Virus record (IMG/VR): IMGVR_UViG_3300019861_000001
Location: 1 to 48,535 of that record
Direction: 5' to 3' (one strand)
DNA length: 48,535 nt
Origin: a virus
Shown: positions 44,073 through 48,535 of the stretch, in pieces
Numbering within the stretch: the first letter of the stretch is position 1
How the letters are laid out: each line of letters begins with the position of its first letter
Made by a program: the position numbers and the translations under genes
The notes under the pieces: model-generated
Told to the model about the DNA's origin: nothing
Databases searched by the model: none
Seen by the model: the letters and a program-made list of their open reading frames with translations, nothing else

Positions 44073-44127
44073 GTCTTCTTAATGCCACAATTTTGAGTTA
44101 TTATAAGAACTATAAGGAGAACAAGGA

Positions 44128-44418
44128 ATGAGGAATAATCCCTTTCTAAACACCAGACTGAAGATAGCTATACTTAATAGACATAAGTTAGTAAAAGTAG
44201 TAGCTAAAGAGACTGGAATAGGATACTCACAACTATCACACCTAATATCAGGAAGACGCAGACCTACTAAAGAGCAGAAAAGGATACTATCTAAGTATCT
44301 AAAGACCACCCAAAAAAGTATATTCCCAAGTAACCATCCTTATATGCCTAAAGGCTTATCAGTAAGAAGATATATTATAAGTGGATTAGGAATACAGAAA
44401 AAACTAAATTTAGAATAA
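44128..44418 (+). CDS. XRE-family HTH regulator
   Basis: LKIAILNRHKLVKVVAKETGIGYSQLSHLISGRRRPTKEQ. Confidence 0.65.
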   Translation: MRNNPFLNTRLKIAILNRHKLVKVVAKETGIGYSQLSHLISGRRRPTKEQKRILSKYLKTTQKSIFPSNHPYMPKGLSVRRYIISGLGIQKKLNLE

Positions 44419-44429
44419 GGAGAACTGCT

Positions 44430-45296
44430 ATGGCAGAACGAAAAGGGATTCAACTATGTTATCCATTCGATGAGAAACGTCTCAATAGATGGAGACTTCC
44501 ATATATAGTCCAGCCTAAATTAGATGGTGAGAGATGTAGAGCAAAAATCTATGGAAAAGGTTACTTATATAATACCTTTGATAAAGTAGTTTTACTCTCC
44601 TCATCAGAACAGGAAATAACCTCTGTCCCGCACATAAATGAAGAGTTACTAAAGTTTGCTATTCCAGGAAAAATGATAGAGTTAGATGGTGAACTCTATA
44701 ATCACCACCTAAGTTTTGAGGAAATCTCCTCAAGAGTCTCTCGTACAGTTAATATCCACCCAGAGTCTGAGGACATTTACTATCATGTCTTTGACCAGGT
44801 AAATAATTATCCTCAATGGGAAAGGCTTCTGCAACTCAAAGTCATGTTGAAGTCAGCTCCTGAGCATATAGTAAAAGTTCCCGAGAGAATAGGTATTGAC
44901 CTAGACGAGGTTATGGAGATCTATAACTTTATTCTAGCTTGTGGATTTGAAGGAATTGTCGTTAGAAACTTCTTTTCTCTTTATGAGAGAAAACGTTCTA
45001 CTAACGTTATGAAGTTCAAACCTAAGAAAGATGATTTCTATAAAATCGTGGGCTGGGAACAAATGATAGATAAAAATGGTTTAGCTAAAGAAATGTTAGG
45101 TGCTCTTGTGCTTACCTCTGATGAGGGAACTATATTCTCAGTAGGTAGTGGTATGACTGATGAGTTTCGCAGAAGGTGGTGGCCTAAGGAAGAAGCAACT
45201 AAACTGCTTGGTAGGATTTGTCATATCCAGTACCAACATCTAACCACAGGTAAAATTCCTAGATTTCCTGTATTCGTGGAGGTAATAGAGATATGA
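44430..45296 (+). CDS. ATP-dependent DNA ligase
   Basis: Adenylation motif I, PKLDGERC. 288 aa. Confidence 0.8.
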   Translation: MAERKGIQLCYPFDEKRLNRWRLPYIVQPKLDGERCRAKIYGKGYLYNTFDKVVLLSSSEQEITSVPHINEELLKFAIPGKMIELDGELYNHHLSFEEISSRVSRTVNIHPESEDIYYHVFDQVNNYPQWERLLQLKVMLKSAPEHIVKVPERIGIDLDEVMEIYNFILACGFEGIVVRNFFSLYERKRSTNVMKFKPKKDDFYKIVGWEQMIDKNGLAKEMLGALVLTSDEGTIFSVGSGMTDEFRRRWWPKEEATKLLGRICHIQYQHLTTGKIPRFPVFVEVIEI

Positions 45297-45363
45297 AAAT
45301 TACTGTAGCGACTGTTGTCTACGTAATAATACTAATAATACTAGTATTTTATATGGGATAGAT

Positions 45364-45702
45364 ATGACTAAAGTCTACATAGTAAATCGTGGAGGACATG
45401 ACCACAGCGATGCTGAGAGATTTGGAGAACTTATCTATCTCTCTGAGGGTGTAATGTCTCGTTATGGAACAACTCAGATTTATAGACTGTTCGCTGAGAA
45501 ACTAAAGGATTCCTCACCTAATGACTATATCCTCCCCACAGGTTTGAGTACTATGGGACATATAGCATGTAGTATCTTCTCCTTTATGCACGGCAAACTT
45601 AATTTGCTGTTGTATAAAGGCGGTAGTAACGGTGGTAAGTATATAGAAAGAACTCTTAAGATGGATGAACTATTGGTGAAGGGAGGTGAAGTAGATGAAT
45701 AG
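45364..45702 (+). CDS. Hypothetical protein
   Basis: 112-aa ORF with a weak SD. Confidence 0.55.
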   Translation: MTKVYIVNRGGHDHSDAERFGELIYLSEGVMSRYGTTQIYRLFAEKLKDSSPNDYILPTGLSTMGHIACSIFSFMHGKLNLLLYKGGSNGGKYIERTLKMDELLVKGGEVDE

Positions 45703-45877
45703 TCCTATACTAGGTGAGTATAGAGAACCTACTGAATCAGAAAGAATATTTGTAGAAAATCTGAATAAGGAATGTCCACTATTTCTATTTCAGATTGTCA
45801 ACAAAAACTTAAATTTAAGAGGATATATGTTAGATATATCTCTTATAGAGGAGATTATATCATGCACTCAAATATAA
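45695..45877 (+). CDS. Hypothetical small protein
   Basis: 60-aa ORF with SD GGAGG 8 nt upstream. Overlaps both neighbours. Confidence 0.4.
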   Translation: MNSPILGEYREPTESERIFVENLNKECPLFLFQIVNKNLNLRGYMLDISLIEEIISCTQI

Positions 45878-46812
45878 TAATCCACCCTACTTGGAACATC
45901 ATAGACTCCAGCAAGATACAGGACTTTATGATGTGTCCTAGATATTATTTCTATCAGTATATGTTAGGTTGGAAACCTGAAGAGCCTAATCATGACTTGG
46001 TCTTTGGTGAAGCCTGGCATGCAGCTATGTTATGGCTTAAACTCCATAGTTATTCCGATGAAGATGTTATTATGGCTTTTAATAAGTTTCTGGAAGTTTA
46101 CCGTCCTATGTTCCCAGAGGAAACAGATGAGTTATGGGCACCTAAAACTCCTATGAGTGCACTGAAAATGCTAGGTAAATATACTGCTGATTATCAGTAC
46201 GATAAACAGGGAGGTTTTGATGTACTGTACGCTGAAGTAGGTGGAACGGTGTCTATTGACAAGGACAGAGTCCTCTCGTTCAGGCAGGATACTATTTGTC
46301 GTGGAGCTAATGGCATCTTCTCATTGGAACACAAGACCTCGGCTAAGTCCCTTAATGATACTTGGTTTCGTCAGTGGATGCTAAAGATTCAGATAGGAAC
46401 TTATTCCCATGTTCTCCACTGTCTATTTCCTGAGGAGAAAATCTCTGGAGTTATGATTAACGGAGCTTCGTTTATGAAGACTAAACAGGATCTTCAGCGA
46501 AGGTTAATAGACACTCAACTTCCCTATATGCAACAGTGGCTATGGAATGTACTAAGATGGGTAGACCAGATTTATTGGGAGATGGAGAAACTTGATGGGT
46601 GTAAGGAGGGAGACCCTATACTATTTGCTTTCCCTTTAAACACCGAGAGTTGCACGAAGTACTGGGGCTGTAGATACCTCGACTACTGTTATACCTGGAG
46701 TAATCCTTTACAGCATTGTCAGGTTCCTCCAATAGGTTTGAAGATTGAGTACTGGAATCCTCTAGAACAGAAGATTACTACCAAGGTGGAAGATGGTAAG
46801 TTGGTTGCTTAA
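45862..46812 (+). CDS. PD-(D/E)XK nuclease with Cas4/RecB-like Fe-S cysteines (start moved)
   Basis: N-terminal Cys in FMMCPRYY plus C-terminal CTKYWGCRYLDYC. ATG 45862 has SD GAGGAG. Confidence 0.65.
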   Translation: MHSNIIIHPTWNIIDSSKIQDFMMCPRYYFYQYMLGWKPEEPNHDLVFGEAWHAAMLWLKLHSYSDEDVIMAFNKFLEVYRPMFPEETDELWAPKTPMSALKMLGKYTADYQYDKQGGFDVLYAEVGGTVSIDKDRVLSFRQDTICRGANGIFSLEHKTSAKSLNDTWFRQWMLKIQIGTYSHVLHCLFPEEKISGVMINGASFMKTKQDLQRRLIDTQLPYMQQWLWNVLRWVDQIYWEMEKLDGCKEGDPILFAFPLNTESCTKYWGCRYLDYCYTWSNPLQHCQVPPIGLKIEYWNPLEQKITTKVEDGKLVA

Positions 46813-46813
46813 C

Positions 46814-46836
46814 CTTTGGTAAAAAATTTACCATAG
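46814..46836. repeat. 23-bp palindrome family copy CTTTGGTAAAAAATTTACCATAG
   Basis: Starts 2 nt after the stop at 46812. Followed by SD GGGAGG of ORF 46851. Confidence 0.9.
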
Positions 46837-46850
46837 AAGGGAGGTGAACT

Positions 46851-47066
46851 ATGCCAAGAATAACTATAAAGTATCTTCAAGAGTCAAATGAGTTTTTGAG
46901 AAAGAAATGTTATTCATTAGAAGAGAGATTAGAATTACATAGAAGAGAAGAAGAACATCTAAAGGGAATACTAAAAACTTACCAAGGAATGACTTCTCTT
47001 ACAGTAGCCTGTGAAAGGGTATGTGAGTCATTAGCTCATGTAATATCTGATATAAAAAGGAGGTGA
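46851..47066 (+). CDS. Hypothetical coiled-coil protein
   Basis: 71-aa ORF with SD GGGAGG. Confidence 0.65.
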   Translation: MPRITIKYLQESNEFLRKKCYSLEERLELHRREEEHLKGILKTYQGMTSLTVACERVCESLAHVISDIKRR

Positions 47067-47070
47067 TTAA

Positions 47071-47904
47071 GTGACAGACAACTTAGCAATAAAAGTAGAA
47101 GCAGAAAAGCTACAACAAATGTACTCCGAAGACCCACGTTCGCATAGTTACAACGCCATAATCTATGGAGCGACTGGGAGTGGTAAAACTTCATTGATAC
47201 GTACTTGTCGTATGCCTATTCACGTGGACTCCTTTGACCCAGGTGGAACGAAGGTACTAAGGGGTGAAGCTATTGTCAATGGTAAGAGATACCCAGATGA
47301 GATGTCTAAGGGAAACATCATAGTTGACTCACGGTTTGAGAACGAAGATCCTATGAATCCTACTGTAGCGAAGTTGTGGGATGATGAGTTTCATCGTAGA
47401 AAGCAGATGGGATACTTTGATAGGTTAGGTACTTACGTTATTGATAGTATGACAACCTGGTCTCAAACTATAATGTATAGTGTCCTCAAAACAGCTGGGA
47501 GGACTGGAGGAACTCCACAGAAAAATGATTGGCTTCCACAGATGACGGTGATAGAGAAATGTATGAGAAGTTTTATCTCTATGCCCTGTGATTGTATTCT
47601 TATTGGGCATGAGGATTCTATGACTGATGAACCTAGTGGAAGAGTAATAGTAACCCTTCTCATAACTGGAAAACTTTCCACTCGTATTCCTGCTCTGTTT
47701 GATGAGATCTATCACGCAGATACTAAGGAAACTTCTAGTGGAATACAATATCAACTATTGACCCGTAAGACAGGTATCTATGTAGCCTGCTCACGGCTAA
47801 GTAATATGGGACAACTAGACATGTACGAAGTTCCAGACATTAAGAACATACTTAAAAAGGCAGGATATGATTACTCAGATAAACCTAGTTTGATGGAGGT
47901 ATGA
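47071..47904 (+). CDS. RecA-fold AAA ATPase (Sak4/AAA_24-like recombination protein)
   Basis: GTG start after AGGAGG. Walker A GATGSGKTS. Walker B-like YVIDSMT. Confidence 0.6.
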   Translation: MTDNLAIKVEAEKLQQMYSEDPRSHSYNAIIYGATGSGKTSLIRTCRMPIHVDSFDPGGTKVLRGEAIVNGKRYPDEMSKGNIIVDSRFENEDPMNPTVAKLWDDEFHRRKQMGYFDRLGTYVIDSMTTWSQTIMYSVLKTAGRTGGTPQKNDWLPQMTVIEKCMRSFISMPCDCILIGHEDSMTDEPSGRVIVTLLITGKLSTRIPALFDEIYHADTKETSSGIQYQLLTRKTGIYVACSRLSNMGQLDMYEVPDIKNILKKAGYDYSDKPSLMEV

Positions 47905-48059
47905 TGACTGAAGATATACAAGATAGTATAACTAGTCTTAGGAATGAGGTAGAACTTTTAGGAGAAAGACTTGTAGAAGTACAGAATCAGGTAATAAGTC
48001 TAATCTTACTAAGAGACAAACTTCTTACTAATCGAGTAACTAAATTGCTGGAGGTGTAG
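47901..48059 (+). CDS. Small coiled-coil ORF (52 aa), not in ORF track
   Basis: ATGATG overlaps the upstream stop. SD GGAGG. Ends 1 nt before ATG 48060. Confidence 0.45.
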   Translation: MMTEDIQDSITSLRNEVELLGERLVEVQNQVISLILLRDKLLTNRVTKLLEV

Positions 48060-48404
48060 ATGATACATATTAGAACCAACAGATCAGAAACATCAACCGA
48101 AATATTAAGAGTAGAGGAAGTAGCTTTCATCAGAGGAAAGATTGAGGATAGAAAGTACAAGACTCAGGTCTTTCTAAAGTGTGGGACTATTGTTCATATG
48201 AATCTAGACAAGAAGGAATTTCAATCTTTGAAGGACTCTATTTATCCACCTACTCAAGTGGAAGTCTGCAAAAACTATAATGATAAGCCGGCTCAAACAG
48301 GACTTGGACCTTTATTCATACAGACAGATGAATCTCCAGATGAATCGCCAAAAGATATAGTAGACACAATGTTGGATGATCTCTCAGATACTGAGAGTAA
48401 ATAA
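48060..48404 (+). CDS. Hypothetical protein with acidic C-terminus
   Basis: 114-aa ORF with SD GGAGG. Confidence 0.65.
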   Translation: MIHIRTNRSETSTEILRVEEVAFIRGKIEDRKYKTQVFLKCGTIVHMNLDKKEFQSLKDSIYPPTQVEVCKNYNDKPAQTGLGPLFIQTDESPDESPKDIVDTMLDDLSDTESK

Positions 48405-48535
48405 TAACTTAATTTATAGGAGGTATTAGTTATGGGTTTTTTAGACATCAACCTTGGAGATGCAAAAGAACCAAAAGCAGCTGCTGAAGGTGAGTATCTT
48501 ATTAGATGGCTGGATACTAATGAGGGGATAGATAA
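48395..48535. repeat. Terminal direct repeat, right copy (identical to 1-141)
   Basis: See 1-141. Confidence 0.95.
48432..48535 (+). CDS. Duplicate 5' fragment of ORF 38-427 created by the terminal overlap
   Basis: Identical sequence, truncated by the window end. Not a separate gene. Confidence 0.9.
   Translation, partial: MGFLDINLGDAKEPKAAAEGEYLIRWLDTNEGID

Noticed and set aside
44128-44418. Temperate lifestyle inferred from the XRE-type regulator
   Set aside because: I recognised no integrase, excisionase, CI/Cro pair or partition system. A single HTH protein is insufficient evidence.
39515-47754. Minus-strand ORFs on the early arm (39515-39898, 39925-40146, 41773-41964, 42187-42453, 42704-42928, 44079-44309, 47425-47754, 47463-47681)
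   Set aside because: They are antisense to SD-preceded plus-strand genes or span promoters. None has an SD.
1-48535. Stop-codon reassignment or alternative genetic code
   Set aside because: All large genes are open in the standard code with normal SD-ATG starts. The only interrupted gene is explained by the intron.

Overview
The window is a complete, circularly closed genome of an AT-rich tailed dsDNA phage with podovirus-like gene content. Unique length is 48,394 bp, because bases 1-141 are repeated exactly at 48395-48535. Two divergent arms leave a control region at about 38985-39608.

The minus-strand late arm runs from 39130 down to 9080. It encodes a small basic protein, an HTH protein and three signal-peptide proteins (two beta-helix). 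Next come a lysis cassette (M15 endolysin, holin candidate, separate i- and o-spanins, so a Gram-negative host), TerL, portal and scaffold. The major capsid gene is split by a LAGLIDADG-encoding group-I-like intron. Tail and NHL-repeat proteins follow, then internal virion proteins ending in a 2079-aa polyvalent giant.

The plus-strand early/replication arm runs from 39609 across the junction to 9079. It starts with many tiny ORFs behind sigma70-type promoters. It then encodes an XRE regulator, an ATP-dependent ligase, a Cas4/RecB-like nuclease, a Sak4-like ATPase and an SSB-like protein. Two oversized tRNA-like genes follow, then a ParB-HTH-methyltransferase, a dCMP deaminase, a UDG-domain/PolA fusion and a P-loop helicase candidate.

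The signals least explained by ordinary annotation are:
- a dispersed family of fixed-length 23-bp palindromes at gene junctions;
- a 216-bp nested inverted repeat around a poly-A tract (origin-like);
- the two ~120-nt tRNA-like RNAs;
- a TTTCCACAAA-N8 box upstream of three promoters.

All family names are from motif recognition by eye. No searches were run.
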